In this document: positions 13,259 through 22,650 of the stretch, piece by piece
How positions within the stretch are numbered: the stretch's first letter is position 1
How the letters are laid out: each line of letters begins with the position of its first letter
Origin: Eubacteriales bacterium
GTDB taxonomy: Bacteria > Bacillota > Clostridia > Oscillospirales > CAG-272
Length of the DNA: 64,000 bases
Direction: 5' to 3'
Assembly (NCBI GenBank): GCA_045544955.1
Contig: JAZPZY010000065.1
Coordinates: 64,067-128,066 of the forward strand
Made by a program: the position numbers and the translations under genes
Notes under the pieces: generated by a model
Database searches by the model: none
Seen by the model: only the letters and a program-made list of their open reading frames with translations
Told to the model about the DNA's origin: nothing

Positions 13259-13456
13259 ACGTCTCGCCCCCACTTATGACTATACCCATTTATTTTACCA
13301 TATTTTCACTGTCAATGCAAGGGATGTGAAAAAATCCAAAAAATTTTTAACAATACGGCGTAAAGTGAAAAAACGCCGAAAACCCATTGTACTTTTTTCC
13401 CGGCTGTGGTATAATTGTTCCATACGGAACGCGGACAGTGAAAGGGGGAATCGGAT

Positions 13457-14098
13457 ATGCAGGACAAACAGGAAGACACACTCACACCGGCCGCTTCTCT
13501 TCCTTTTGAGACAGATATTTCCGCCCACACCGCCTGCCGGAATCTTCTGAAAAGCAGCCGTGCCGAGACCGTCTGCTTCACCGGGCACCGCCAGATGACG
13601 GACGAGGAGATCCGCACCGTACAGCCCCGTCTGGAAACCGCCATCCGGGCGTACATTGCGGCCGGATTTTCCCTGTTCATTACCGGCGGTGCACGCGGCT
13701 TTGACACGATGGCACAGAAAACCGTAACGGTACTCCGGGCAGAATTCCCCTTCGTACGTGCCATTCTTGCGGTTCCCTGCCGCGGCCAGGCGGACAAGTG
13801 GAATCACGAGGATCAGGAGGCCTACCGACGCATACTGGCCGAGGCTGACGGACATATTTGTTTACAGGAAGAATACACTCCCGACTGCATGATGCGGCGA
13901 AACCGGTTTATGATCGATCACAGCGTCCGCTGCATCGCCTATTACAATGGCAACGCCCGGGGAGGCACCGCCGCTACCGTCCGCTATGCGGAAAAGAAAG
14001 GTCTGCCCGTCTGCAATCTGTTTTTCCCCCTGGAGGAGCAGCTGCCTCTTCTGCCGGAAGAGGATGCGGTCCATTTTGAAATGTTCACGGAGGTATAA
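13457..14098 (+). CDS. DUF1273/YpsA-like SLOG-fold protein
   Basis: VCFTGHRQM, LFITGGARGFDTMA and CIAYYNGNARGGTAATVRYAEKKGLPV. Confidence 0.7.
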   Translation: MQDKQEDTLTPAASLPFETDISAHTACRNLLKSSRAETVCFTGHRQMTDEEIRTVQPRLETAIRAYIAAGFSLFITGGARGFDTMAQKTVTVLRAEFPFVRAILAVPCRGQADKWNHEDQEAYRRILAEADGHICLQEEYTPDCMMRRNRFMIDHSVRCIAYYNGNARGGTAATVRYAEKKGLPVCNLFFPLEEQLPLLPEEDAVHFEMFTEV

Positions 14099-14099
14099 T

Positions 14100-14735
14100 A
14101 TGAACGTTACCCTTCTTCGCACAAACGGCCAACAGCCTTGGGAATATTACACCCGTTTTCTGCCTCTGCTCACGCCCCAACGCCGTGCAAAAACGGAACG
14201 GTACCGCACGGAGCACGCACGAATCCAGTCTTTACTTACGGAGCTTCTGATCCGCCGGGAAGCGGCGGACGGCCACGAGATCTCTGTTATCTACAACGAT
14301 TACGGGAAGCCCCACCTTCTGCGTCCGGACGGTATGCATTTTTCCGTTTCCCACACCTCCCATTACATCGCCTACGCCGCCGGTGCGGCCCCCGTGGGTG
14401 TAGACATTGAATACCGGCGGTCGGTGAATCTGCATATCGCCAATCATTACTTTTCCACAGCGGAAAAAGAAGTCATAAAGGAAAGCCGGGATCCGGTTCT
14501 GGATTTCTACCGCATCTGGACCGCCAAGGAAGCCATTCTCAAACGGAACGGCACCGGCTTCTTCTCCGGCGTCAAGCTGCCGGACGTATGCGATCATGCA
14601 CTGCGTCCCTATCTGGCGGAACACGTGGGGGCGGATTACGTCCTGGCTGTATGCGGTGCCCGCCATCTCCGGCCGCTCCGGATCCGGATAATGGAGGAGG
14701 AGGATCTGCTCCGCTTCTTTGCCGACGCCGTATAA
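14100..14735 (+). CDS. 4'-phosphopantetheinyl transferase (Sfp type)
   Basis: Start at ATG 14100 (GAGGTATAAT upstream), directly after the DUF1273 stop. Motifs GKPHLLRPDGMHFSVSHTSHYIAYA, VGVDIEY and WTAKEAILKRNGTG. Confidence 0.85.
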   Translation: MNVTLLRTNGQQPWEYYTRFLPLLTPQRRAKTERYRTEHARIQSLLTELLIRREAADGHEISVIYNDYGKPHLLRPDGMHFSVSHTSHYIAYAAGAAPVGVDIEYRRSVNLHIANHYFSTAEKEVIKESRDPVLDFYRIWTAKEAILKRNGTGFFSGVKLPDVCDHALRPYLAEHVGADYVLAVCGARHLRPLRIRIMEEEDLLRFFADAV

Positions 14736-14846
14736 GCGGGAGCACCGGGTAAACCAATAACTTTTTGTGAATACTTTTTCTCCCCTCTTGCTATCGGAGA
14801 AAAAATCGGGTATAATAATAAAACCACTGACGAAGGAGGTGCGATC

Positions 14847-15323
14847 ATGGCAGAAAAAGAAGGACGGAAGATCATCGCCTTGAACCGAAAAGCACGGCAT
14901 GAGTATTTCGTAGACGAGACCTATGAGGCCGGCATCGCTCTCTTCGGCACGGAGGTGAAAAGCCTCAGGGCCGGTCAGGTGAACCTGAAGGATTCCTGGT
15001 GCGAGGTGCGGAACGGAGAGATCTATCTCACCGGAGCACACATCTCTCCCTATGAAAAGGGCAACCTTTTTAACCGGGAGCCGGAGCGTGACCGCAAACT
15101 CCTTATGCACAAGCGGGAGATCATGAAACTGCACGGACTGGTAGGGCGTGAGGGATATACCCTGGTGCCTCTGTCCCTGTATTTCAAGGGCTCCAACGTG
15201 AAGGTGGAAGTCGGTCTTTGCCGGGGCAAAAAGCTCTACGACAAGCGGGAATCCGACGCTAAACGGCAGGCAAACCGGGATATTGAGCGATATGCCAAAT
15301 CCCGCGGCCGGGACGATAATTAA
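14847..15323 (+). CDS. smpB: SsrA-binding protein
   Basis: [32 protein letters not shown] and a basic C-terminal tail. It lies directly upstream of the tmRNA. Confidence 0.95.
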   Translation: MAEKEGRKIIALNRKARHEYFVDETYEAGIALFGTEVKSLRAGQVNLKDSWCEVRNGEIYLTGAHISPYEKGNLFNREPERDRKLLMHKREIMKLHGLVGREGYTLVPLSLYFKGSNVKVEVGLCRGKKLYDKRESDAKRQANRDIERYAKSRGRDDN

Positions 15324-15383
15324 TTTTTGCAATTGCAGAATTTGGGTTCAAATTATGCAGACACCTAAAATCTATATTATTAT

Positions 15384-15746
15384 GGGGGCGTAAAGGTTTC
15401 GACGGGGATTTTGAGACATGATAAGCGGGTAGAGGTTGGGGAACCTCTTTAATCATCCCCGACTTAAATTAAACGCTGACAATAGCGAACTCGTAGCTGC
15501 ATAAGCTACCGCGGCTTTAAGCCGCCTCGTCCGCGTAGGGAGTGCTGCGGCTCTGCCCGGGCGTCAAATCAGCAGCGAACGTGAACCGTGATTTTGCTTT
15601 TGTAACGGTCATGCATTAAAAAGCTACCGTTGAGCACAGCCTGCGTACCGGCGGTGCTCCCGGGAAATACAAAAGATACGCTGCACCCGGAGAAAGTTGC
15701 GTCAAGAGGTTTTCGGACAGGGGTTCGATTCCCCTCGCCTCCACCA
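15384..15746 (+). ncRNA. ssrA: tmRNA
   Basis: The 5' GGGGGCG pairs with the 3' CGCCTCC-ACCA, including a G3.U pair (alanine identity). It has GGTTTCGACGGGG near the 5' end and a GGGGTTCGATTCCCC T-arm. The predicted tag reading frame is GCT GAC AAT AGC GAA CTC GTA GCT GCA TAA (15475..15504), giving ADNSELVAA. Confidence 0.93.
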
Positions 15747-15749
15747 CAA

Positions 15750-15795
15750 AAGGTTGATAATTCGCCCGTTTGGGGTGGATTATCAACCTTTTCTA
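15750..15795 (+). terminator. Intrinsic terminator after ssrA
   Basis: AAGGTTGATAAT-N17-ATTATCAACCTT followed by TTTC. Confidence 0.75.
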
Positions 15796-15902
15796 TGTAA
15801 AAATGGGAGTCATCACCATCGGTGATGACTCCTTCCTTAATTTTTGCTTCATCCAAAGCAGCATCTTTACCCTTAATGCCTTTGGATATATACTTTGTAA
15901 TA

Positions 15903-16916
15903 TTACAAAGTGACCGGCTTGCCGGTTTTCATGGATTCGATCTCCGCGAAGGCAATGGCAACCGAATTACGAACCGTTTCACAGTCTGAAATCTCCTCAC
16001 GGGGAGCACCGTCCAGAATCACGCGCAAAAAGGTTTTCATAGCGTGATAATGGATATCGTCCGCCGGCAGAGGCGGCTCCACCACCTCGTCATCGGTATA
16101 CACCGTCAGTTTGCCGTTGGCAATTTCTGCGGTTGCACGCTCAAAATTGATCAGAAAACGCTTGGTGAATGGAAACTTCTGGGGTATAGACCAGTCTGCA
16201 CTGCCCGTTCCGAACAGCCCGTCATACATATAGCGTGCCTGCACGTTCTCCAGCGGATACTTATTCTCCGTTCCAAAGGCAGAGACCGCTTTCGGCATTC
16301 CGAACATCCAGTTGACCATATCCACGTCGTGGATGTGCATATCCAGCACACAGCCGCCGCTTTTTTCCGGATCCAGAATCCAGTTGTTCCACGTCCAAAG
16401 GGGTGTTTGCGACCAGCGGCAGAAATCAAACCGCAAAGCTTTTCCGAAGCTCTCCTCTTTCACGTACTCCTTTAATTTGGCATAGGCGTGAGAAAAGCGG
16501 GAGCTCTGCCCGATCATCAGAAACTTTCCCGTCCGCCTTGCCGCGTCGATCATGCGGTCACAGTCCGCAAGGGACAGAGCCATCGGTTTTTCGGAATACA
16601 GATGCACGCCATGAGACAGGGCGTACACCGCAATTTCCGCGTGCAGAAAGGTCGGTGTGGCAGAGACCGCAAAATCGGGGTGCTCCGTGTCGATCAGTTC
16701 TTTATAATCCTCATAAAACTGCACGTGGGAAAAATCCACTGCCGAAAGGTCTACCGAGCCGAAATTCAAGCGGACGCTTTCCCCCAGTGCCTCTCTCGTA
16801 GTGCCGCAAACGGCACACAGGCGGATGTCACCGCCCCTCTCCATGCCAAGACGCAGAAGATTGGCCAGATGAACCTTTCCAAGGCCACCCGCACCGATAA
16901 TTGCATAACGGTACAT
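15903..16916 (-). CDS. Gfo/Idh/MocA-family NAD(P)-dependent oxidoreductase
   Basis: N-terminal Rossmann motif YAIIGAGGLGKVHL, an EKP motif (LYSEKPMA), and a typical length of 337 aa. Confidence 0.85.
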   Translation of the reverse strand: MYRYAIIGAGGLGKVHLANLLRLGMERGGDIRLCAVCGTTREALGESVRLNFGSVDLSAVDFSHVQFYEDYKELIDTEHPDFAVSATPTFLHAEIAVYALSHGVHLYSEKPMALSLADCDRMIDAARRTGKFLMIGQSSRFSHAYAKLKEYVKEESFGKALRFDFCRWSQTPLWTWNNWILDPEKSGGCVLDMHIHDVDMVNWMFGMPKAVSAFGTENKYPLENVQARYMYDGLFGTGSADWSIPQKFPFTKRFLINFERATAEIANGKLTVYTDDEVVEPPLPADDIHYHAMKTFLRVILDGAPREEISDCETVRNSVAIAFAEIESMKTGKPVTL

Positions 16917-16932
16917 TTTCCTGACGTCCTCC

Positions 16933-17751
16933 TCACCCTAACCGTTCTTTCAGATAACGTACGGAGCCGTCCAGTTTTTCCGCAAGTCCCACCGGCGACA
17001 AAACTTCCACGGAAAGGACGTCGTTGTAGCCGCCCTGCTCCAGAATCTGCAGAATATCCGCAAGAGGCGTCTCCCCTGCCCCCAGTGTCACGCAATCGTA
17101 GCCGCGCCCCTCAATCATTTTGGGCGGATTGTCCGTCATTCCCTTTACATCCTTGATATGCACGTGACGGATTCTGGAAAAATACCGGCGGCATGCTTCC
17201 AGCACGTCCGATCCCGTAAACCAGAAATTGCCCGTATCCAAAACGTAGTCAAGCTGCGGGATCTGGCTGAGATACCATCCCACATCCGCGACCGACGCAC
17301 AGGTGCTGCCGGCGCGGGAGTAATTCTCCAAAACCGCCTTTATTCCATAGGGTGCGGCAAGTTCTGCCGCCATGGCGAAATATTCCGCCATCCGCTGCCG
17401 GCAATCATGAAACGGAACGTCCGGGCTGCATGTGGGAACCGGCATCAGCATTCCGGTTTCCATAAGAGCACAGCGCTCCAGCTGTACGTGCAGATCATCC
17501 GTCAGCCGGACTTTTCCCGCCCCGGTCATTTCGTCACAGAGGGCCAAATGATACACGCTGGACGTATACAGTCCGTGAAAGTCCAGGATCCGTTTGGTTT
17601 CAGCCAAATCCAGTCTATCGTACACCTTCGTATCCCCGTCCACGCAGCAAATACCCGCAATCGCCGGATGAATCAGTGCTTCGCTCAGCGACGGTAAGGC
17701 ACAAATCTCCTGCAGTTTGACGACTTGCAGAAGAAACGTTCCGATTTTCAT
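16933..17751 (-). CDS. Sugar phosphate isomerase/epimerase (xylose-isomerase-like TIM barrel)
   Basis: Start at ATG 17751 (GGAGG 7 nt upstream). Family-typical blocks LENYSRAG, HVHIKDV and LSVEV. Confidence 0.7.
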   Translation of the reverse strand: MKIGTFLLQVVKLQEICALPSLSEALIHPAIAGICCVDGDTKVYDRLDLAETKRILDFHGLYTSSVYHLALCDEMTGAGKVRLTDDLHVQLERCALMETGMLMPVPTCSPDVPFHDCRQRMAEYFAMAAELAAPYGIKAVLENYSRAGSTCASVADVGWYLSQIPQLDYVLDTGNFWFTGSDVLEACRRYFSRIRHVHIKDVKGMTDNPPKMIEGRGYDCVTLGAGETPLADILQILEQGGYNDVLSVEVLSPVGLAEKLDGSVRYLKERLG

Positions 17752-17794
17752 AAAATCCTCCTCTGTTTTGAACACGTTTTTTCGGTAGTTGCAA

Positions 17795-18658
17795 TCAGAA
17801 CGGAATCAGCTCGTCGGAATAGGGACTGCCATACTCGCAGATCTCGAACACCTCCGCAAAAAGCGTCTGATTGCCTTTTTCGCCGTATCGCTCCACCAGT
17901 TTATCCCGATGGAGAACCGCCGGCTTTGCCTCCCGGTATTCCGACTGGGCACCGATCAGATTCTTCGACAGCAGTGCCTCGTCAATGGGCGTACCGTCTC
18001 TGGGAACACGGGGCTCATGAAGCCACGAAAGTCTTGCTTCCGGTGTGGCGGGCACCTGCTCCAAAGTCCCCTTGGTATAGGGCAGCCATTCAAACATCTG
18101 TGACTCATGCAGGGACAGCATTTTGAATTTATCATCGATCACGTCGTCGATGCTGACTGCCACGTCGGCATGAAACGGGGGATTCTGAAAATGATCGTAA
18201 AAGTACAGGATCACCGGCATTTTCCGCATGGCAGAAACGTCCGGGCAGTAGTGCGGAACGGTCAGCAGATACGAAGCGTCCTGCACAAGAATGGACGCAT
18301 GGCGGTGATCTGCGTGATAGTCGTTGGGGCGGCTGCAGAAGATAATATCCGGTGCAAACCGGCGGATCTCCCGCACAAGACGCGCGCGGGTCGACAGATC
18401 GGAATAGAGTTCACAGTCAGGAGAATCCTCCCACACGTCGTACTCAATATGAGCAAATTCCGCCACCGCCAAAGATTCGCCCCGGCGGCGTCTGGCCGTC
18501 TCCTCCGGAGATAACACATGATGGCCGCCGCATCCGTTGCACATAGCAAGGAATTTCACTTTATGTCCCGCATTCGCATATTTCAGTGCCAAACCGCCGC
18601 AGCGGAAATCGCAATCATCCGGGTGGGCACCGATCATCATCGCTCTGATCTGTTTCAT
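17795..18658 (-). CDS. PIG-L/LmbE-family deacetylase
   Basis: MMIGAHPDDCDFRCGG zinc-site motif and HADHRHAS. Confidence 0.8.
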   Translation of the reverse strand: MKQIRAMMIGAHPDDCDFRCGGLALKYANAGHKVKFLAMCNGCGGHHVLSPEETARRRRGESLAVAEFAHIEYDVWEDSPDCELYSDLSTRARLVREIRRFAPDIIFCSRPNDYHADHRHASILVQDASYLLTVPHYCPDVSAMRKMPVILYFYDHFQNPPFHADVAVSIDDVIDDKFKMLSLHESQMFEWLPYTKGTLEQVPATPEARLSWLHEPRVPRDGTPIDEALLSKNLIGAQSEYREAKPAVLHRDKLVERYGEKGNQTLFAEVFEICEYGSPYSDELIPF

Positions 18659-18672
18659 TGTATTTTTCTCCT

Positions 18673-19497
18673 TTATCCTTCAATCAGTCGGCTCAGATAT
18701 TCTCTGGCCTCACGGATCTCCTGCTCCCGCGCGGGGTCCCCGTAATTTTCACGCTCGATGGTAATGCTGCCGTGATAACCGCCATCTTTCAGCATGGCGA
18801 TAAGTGTGGGGAAATCCACGTCTCCCCGGCCCACGGGCATCTCCTGCTTTTTACAGGCAGGTGCCACCAGTTTTTTGGCGTCCTTGGCATGAAAACCGCG
18901 CACGTAGGGCATCAGAAATTCGAGAGCCGCAGAAGGGCTGCTGCCTCTGCCGTTCATGATCAGATTGGCCGGATCAAAATTGACGCCCATATTGGGAAGT
19001 CCCACGTCATTCATCAGATGCACCAGAGAAAGCGGCAACTCCTCCCCTGTTTCAAACAGGAAATACTGTCCGTGCTTCTTCAGTTCCGTACATATGTGCC
19101 GAAGAGCCTCCGCCACCGCCGCCCGATCGGGATGGAAAGGATTGTCCGGCAGATATCCGATATGGGTAATCATATCCGTCACGCCAAGTGCCCGGGCAAA
19201 CGCCGCGCCCTGCAGCAGTTCTCCCACCCGTTTTTCACGGAATTCCCCGGGAACCAGCCCAAGCGTCCGATACATATTGGGGTAGGACCAGTCGATGGGT
19301 CCCGACCAGCCGCACCAGACAGCCGTCGGCGTAAAGGAGAAATCCCGGCACGCCCGCTGAACTTCCGAAACCGTACGGTCGTTGTACAGCGACATATCCC
19401 AAACGGCCAGCTGACCGTTGTCAAATCCCTGCTGCGCGGCCTTTGCAATGCACTCGTAAACGTTATCCTTGAGTTGTACTAAAAGTCCGATTTTCAT
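18673..19497 (-). CDS. Sugar phosphate isomerase/epimerase (xylose-isomerase-like TIM barrel)
   Basis: FLFETGEE, GVNFDPANL, RGFHAKD and ITIERE blocks typical of the AP-endonuclease-2/xylose-isomerase-like fold. Confidence 0.7.
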   Translation of the reverse strand: MKIGLLVQLKDNVYECIAKAAQQGFDNGQLAVWDMSLYNDRTVSEVQRACRDFSFTPTAVWCGWSGPIDWSYPNMYRTLGLVPGEFREKRVGELLQGAAFARALGVTDMITHIGYLPDNPFHPDRAAVAEALRHICTELKKHGQYFLFETGEELPLSLVHLMNDVGLPNMGVNFDPANLIMNGRGSSPSAALEFLMPYVRGFHAKDAKKLVAPACKKQEMPVGRGDVDFPTLIAMLKDGGYHGSITIERENYGDPAREQEIREAREYLSRLIEG

Positions 19498-19512
19498 ACT
19501 ATCACCTCTCCG

Positions 19513-20298
19513 TCAGCGAAGACCTTTCTCTGTCAGTTTTTCCGAGAGCCATAGGTAGGATCGCTCCGCCCGTTCAAAGGGAACGTAATCGCCCCTTTTT
19601 CCGAACTCGACGCTGAGGATTTCCGTATCCCCTTCCCGGATCAGCGTATCCAGCAGACTGTCTGTATCGATCTCCGCTTCCCATACCGGCGTCAGATACG
19701 TTTTCTCAGCCGAGTAGCCCTTAAAATGTGCGATCTGCGTCCGATGGGGGTACCGCTTTACGAGGTCGATGGGATCCGCACCGCCGCCCTGGGCGTTGCC
19801 GGTATCCATCATCATCATGAAATCCGCAGAGGTATTATCAAACAGATACTCGAAAAACGTGCGTCCGTCCGCCACACAGTTCAGATGGTCTTTATCGTGA
19901 TTATGGAAGCCGGTGCGAAATCCCGCCCCGCGGATTTTCTCCGCCACGTCCCGGGTGAAGTCCAAAAGGAATCCGTCATAGGTCGGATTCTCTGCCAGCG
20001 GCACCAGATCCAGAGAACCCAGAACGATACAGTTGCACGGCAGCTTTTTGCAGTATTCCAGAGCGCTTTCCAACGTGTCCGGCTGCAGATGCTTCCAGTC
20101 CAGCATGACGGAATAGCATTTCAATCCGGCGGCGTGCATGGCGTCAGCGTAAAATTCCGGCGTCTGCGTCAAGGTATTGTATACCAGTTCCACGCCCTGA
20201 TACCCGATTTCGGCAACACGCTGTAAGGTCTGTGCCGGCCTCTCCGCAAAATCTTCCCGGACAGAATGAAGCTGAAGTCCTACCTGCATTTGTTTCAT
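19513..20298 (-). CDS. Sugar phosphate isomerase/epimerase (xylose-isomerase-like TIM barrel)
   Basis: The start is set at ATG 20298 (MKQMQVGLQLHSV; AAAGAGGA upstream). The ORF-track start at 20370 would lie upstream of the predicted -10. Blocks FHNHD, IAHFKG and LSVEF. Confidence 0.7.
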   Translation of the reverse strand: MKQMQVGLQLHSVREDFAERPAQTLQRVAEIGYQGVELVYNTLTQTPEFYADAMHAAGLKCYSVMLDWKHLQPDTLESALEYCKKLPCNCIVLGSLDLVPLAENPTYDGFLLDFTRDVAEKIRGAGFRTGFHNHDKDHLNCVADGRTFFEYLFDNTSADFMMMMDTGNAQGGGADPIDLVKRYPHRTQIAHFKGYSAEKTYLTPVWEAEIDTDSLLDTLIREGDTEILSVEFGKRGDYVPFERAERSYLWLSEKLTEKGLR

Positions 20299-20369
20299 GG
20301 TCATTCCTCTTTCTGTTTTCTTGGTCACAACGGGGCAAATCACTTTGTTAGCCTGCCTAACTAAATACA

Positions 20370-20398
20370 ATTATAATCAACAGGCGGCTGTTTGTCAA
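20370..20398 (-). promoter_or_regulatory. Consensus sigma-70-type promoter for the sugar operon
   Basis: On the minus strand: TTGACA (20398..20393), 17 nt, TATAAT (20375..20370). Confidence 0.65.
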
Positions 20399-20471
20399 GA
20401 GGTTCCGCGCAAAAGAATTCCACGAAAATACCGCATTTTCCGTTTTTTTGCTGCGATGTGCAAAGAACCTC

Positions 20472-20500
20472 TTGACTGTGCGGCAATTTCGCTATAAAAT
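20472..20500 (+). promoter_or_regulatory. Promoter for the ROK regulator
   Basis: TTGACT (20472..20477), 17 nt, TAAAAT (20495..20500). Confidence 0.55.
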
Positions 20501-20589
20501 GAAATAACAGCAATACCACCGGCACAAAGTTACCGAACGACTCAGAGAGGATTGGGAAACTCCGGGAAAACCGGCTCCCCTTAAAAAAT

Positions 20590-21804
20590 ATGACGAACGA
20601 AAAGCAGGGTGCTCCTCTTTCCCGCGAAGATCTGAAAAGGAATCACCAGAAGCAGATTCTTCTGCTTGCCCGGGGCGGCACAAAGCCCTGCGCGGCGTTC
20701 GCCGGCATCTCGCGGGCGGAGATCACGACCCATCTGGGGCTGCGTTTTCCCTCTGTGACAGCCCTTGTAGACGAACTGCTTGATAAGGGCATTCTGGAAG
20801 AGACCGGCGAGTTGGAAGCCAACGACCGAGGCAGGCCCAGAAAACTGCTCCGTGCTTCGCCGCAACTGTTTTACGTTCCCGTATTTGAACTGCTCGGCGA
20901 GGGATTTCATTTTTGTGTGTACGACGTATACGGGACCGTTGTCCACCGGGCGTTTTTCCCCCTGCCCGGCATGAAACAGCGGGATCGGGCACCCTATACC
21001 CCCACGGTGGAAGAATTCTGCGCACCGGTCCTTCAGGGCATCGAGACGCTGGGCGGACAGTTTCCCCTTTCGGATATTCTCTTGTCCATCCCCGGCAACC
21101 TCAAAGAAGACGGCTCGTTTACCTCCTCCTCCGTCGGCATGATTTCTCCCCCGGGTTTTCTGCAGTATATCAAAGAGCATACCGCTCTCTCTGTCAGAAC
21201 CATCAACCGCGCCGACAGCTTCGCCTATGCCGAGCAGATCTATACCCCCTCTCTTTCCGACTACATCTACGTACATATTTCAGACGGTGTGGGTGCCGGT
21301 ATCATCCGGAAACGGCAGATCTTCTCCTGTGAGCCGTGGCGTGCCGGAGAAATTGGACACATGAGCATAAATTATAAGGGCCGTGCCTGCCGCTGCGGCA
21401 GCCGCGGCTGTCTTGAGCGATATCTGAGCAAAAGTGCCATCGTGGAGGACTGCGCCCGTTATTTTGACGGAGCCGCGGTGGATTTTGACACGGTGCGTCA
21501 GGCGTATCTCGACGGTGTGAAGCCGGTAGTGGCCTTCATGGAGGAACGTGCCGGACTCCTTGCCGTCGCTTTGAACAATATGTTCGGTATGCATCCCGTG
21601 ACCCACGTGATCATCGGCGGTGCCATTACCGGATTCGGCGACCGGTTTCTTGCCTGCCTGCAGCAGAAACTGCACGACAACATTTCCAGAATGTACAAGG
21701 GAAAGTCCCGCCTCACCTTCTCCGGGAGAGAGGGCGATGACAGCACCTTCGGTGCTTATCACAACTACGTGACCAATATTCTCAGAATCGAGGATATTTT
21801 ATGA
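20590..21804 (+). CDS. ROK-family transcriptional regulator (NagC/XylR type)
   Basis: N-terminal wHTH ISRAEITTHLGLRFPSVTALVDELLDKGILEE and the ROK zinc motif CRCGSRGCLERY. It is divergent from the sugar operon. Confidence 0.85.
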   Translation: MTNEKQGAPLSREDLKRNHQKQILLLARGGTKPCAAFAGISRAEITTHLGLRFPSVTALVDELLDKGILEETGELEANDRGRPRKLLRASPQLFYVPVFELLGEGFHFCVYDVYGTVVHRAFFPLPGMKQRDRAPYTPTVEEFCAPVLQGIETLGGQFPLSDILLSIPGNLKEDGSFTSSSVGMISPPGFLQYIKEHTALSVRTINRADSFAYAEQIYTPSLSDYIYVHISDGVGAGIIRKRQIFSCEPWRAGEIGHMSINYKGRACRCGSRGCLERYLSKSAIVEDCARYFDGAAVDFDTVRQAYLDGVKPVVAFMEERAGLLAVALNNMFGMHPVTHVIIGGAITGFGDRFLACLQQKLHDNISRMYKGKSRLTFSGREGDDSTFGAYHNYVTNILRIEDIL

Positions 21805-21867
21805 TCCGGCAATATAACGCATACTGCCTCCCCCAACAATTTCACATAATAACCTCACAGATACAAA

Positions 21868-21905
21868 GACAGGGGCTGTCGCACGAAAATGCAACAGCCC
21901 CTGTC
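21868..21905. terminator. Hairpin between convergent genes
   Basis: GACAGGGGCTGT-N14-ACAGCCCCTGTC. Confidence 0.65.
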
Positions 21906-21909
21906 GTTA

Positions 21910-22563
21910 TTATTTCTTTCTGCCGCGCTTCTGATAGTCGGCATTGATATCATCGCTCCAATCCTCCCCGAGAGATGCGCTTGCTCTGACGCTGCAAACG
22001 GCTTTCGCAACCGATTCATAGAGGATCTGTGTACCCTCTCCGTCGACATTATAGTTTACGGCTCTGTCACGGCTGATGCCGTAGCGTGCGGCAGTCTCAA
22101 CGGCGTCAATATTCGCTCCGATGAACAGGAACTCCCAACCGTATTTCTCCTTCTGACGCTCGATCATCTTCTTGACCTGCTCGCTTGTGTAACGGTGGCT
22201 TGCGTTCTCCTGTCCGTCCGTTGTGATAACGAACATCGTATGCTCTGGCACATCCTCGGGCCGAGCGTACTTGTGAATATTCCCGATGTGGTGAATGGCG
22301 CCGCCGATTGCATCAATCAACGCCGTGCAGCCGCGAACCGTATAGTCCTTGTCGGTCATCTTGGGGATGTCACCGAGCGTCACGCGATCATGCAAAACCT
22401 CACTCACGTCATCGAAAAGCACGGTAGAAACGTAACAGCCGCCGTCCTGCTTTTTCTGCTTTTCAATCATCGCGTTGAAGCCGCCGATGGTGTCGCTTTC
22501 AAGTCCCGCCATAGATCCGCTTCTGTCCAAAATAAATACGAGTTCGGTAACGTTGTTTTTCAT
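21910..22563 (-). CDS. Stand-alone von Willebrand factor A (vWA) domain protein
   Basis: Start at ATG 22563 (GAGAGG upstream). It has the MIDAS motif LVFILDRSGSMAG plus VITTDGQEN. Confidence 0.8.
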   Translation of the reverse strand: MKNNVTELVFILDRSGSMAGLESDTIGGFNAMIEKQKKQDGGCYVSTVLFDDVSEVLHDRVTLGDIPKMTDKDYTVRGCTALIDAIGGAIHHIGNIHKYARPEDVPEHTMFVITTDGQENASHRYTSEQVKKMIERQKEKYGWEFLFIGANIDAVETAARYGISRDRAVNYNVDGEGTQILYESVAKAVCSVRASASLGEDWSDDINADYQKRGRKK

Positions 22564-22597
22564 AATAGAAAACCTCTCTTTCCTTTGATGTCTATAT

Positions 22598-22650
22598 TGT
22601 ACATCAACGAAAGAGAGGTTTGGTCGCATGGCAGGCGACAAATTATATTA
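22598..22650 (-). repeat. Copy A of a conserved intergenic element of about 50 nt
   Basis: TGTACATCAACGAAAGAGAGGTTTGGTCGCATGGCAGGCGACAAATTATATTAT (plus strand). It matches copy B at about 45 of 52 positions. Confidence 0.8.

Noticed and set aside
14232-15332. A 366-codon minus-strand ORF opposite the PPTase and smpB genes. Similar cases are 42878..44263 (minus strand), 47214..48257 (minus strand) and 50918..51916 (minus strand).
   Set aside because: They are antisense to genes with clear family signatures, and their translations are featureless.
15569-15856. A 95-codon minus-strand ORF overlapping the 3' half of the tmRNA.
   Set aside because: The region is fully explained by ssrA and its terminator.
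15796-21804. A genomic island integrated at the tmRNA 3' end.
   Set aside because: There is no integrase, no direct repeat of the ssrA 3' end, and no visible compositional change in the downstream sugar cluster.
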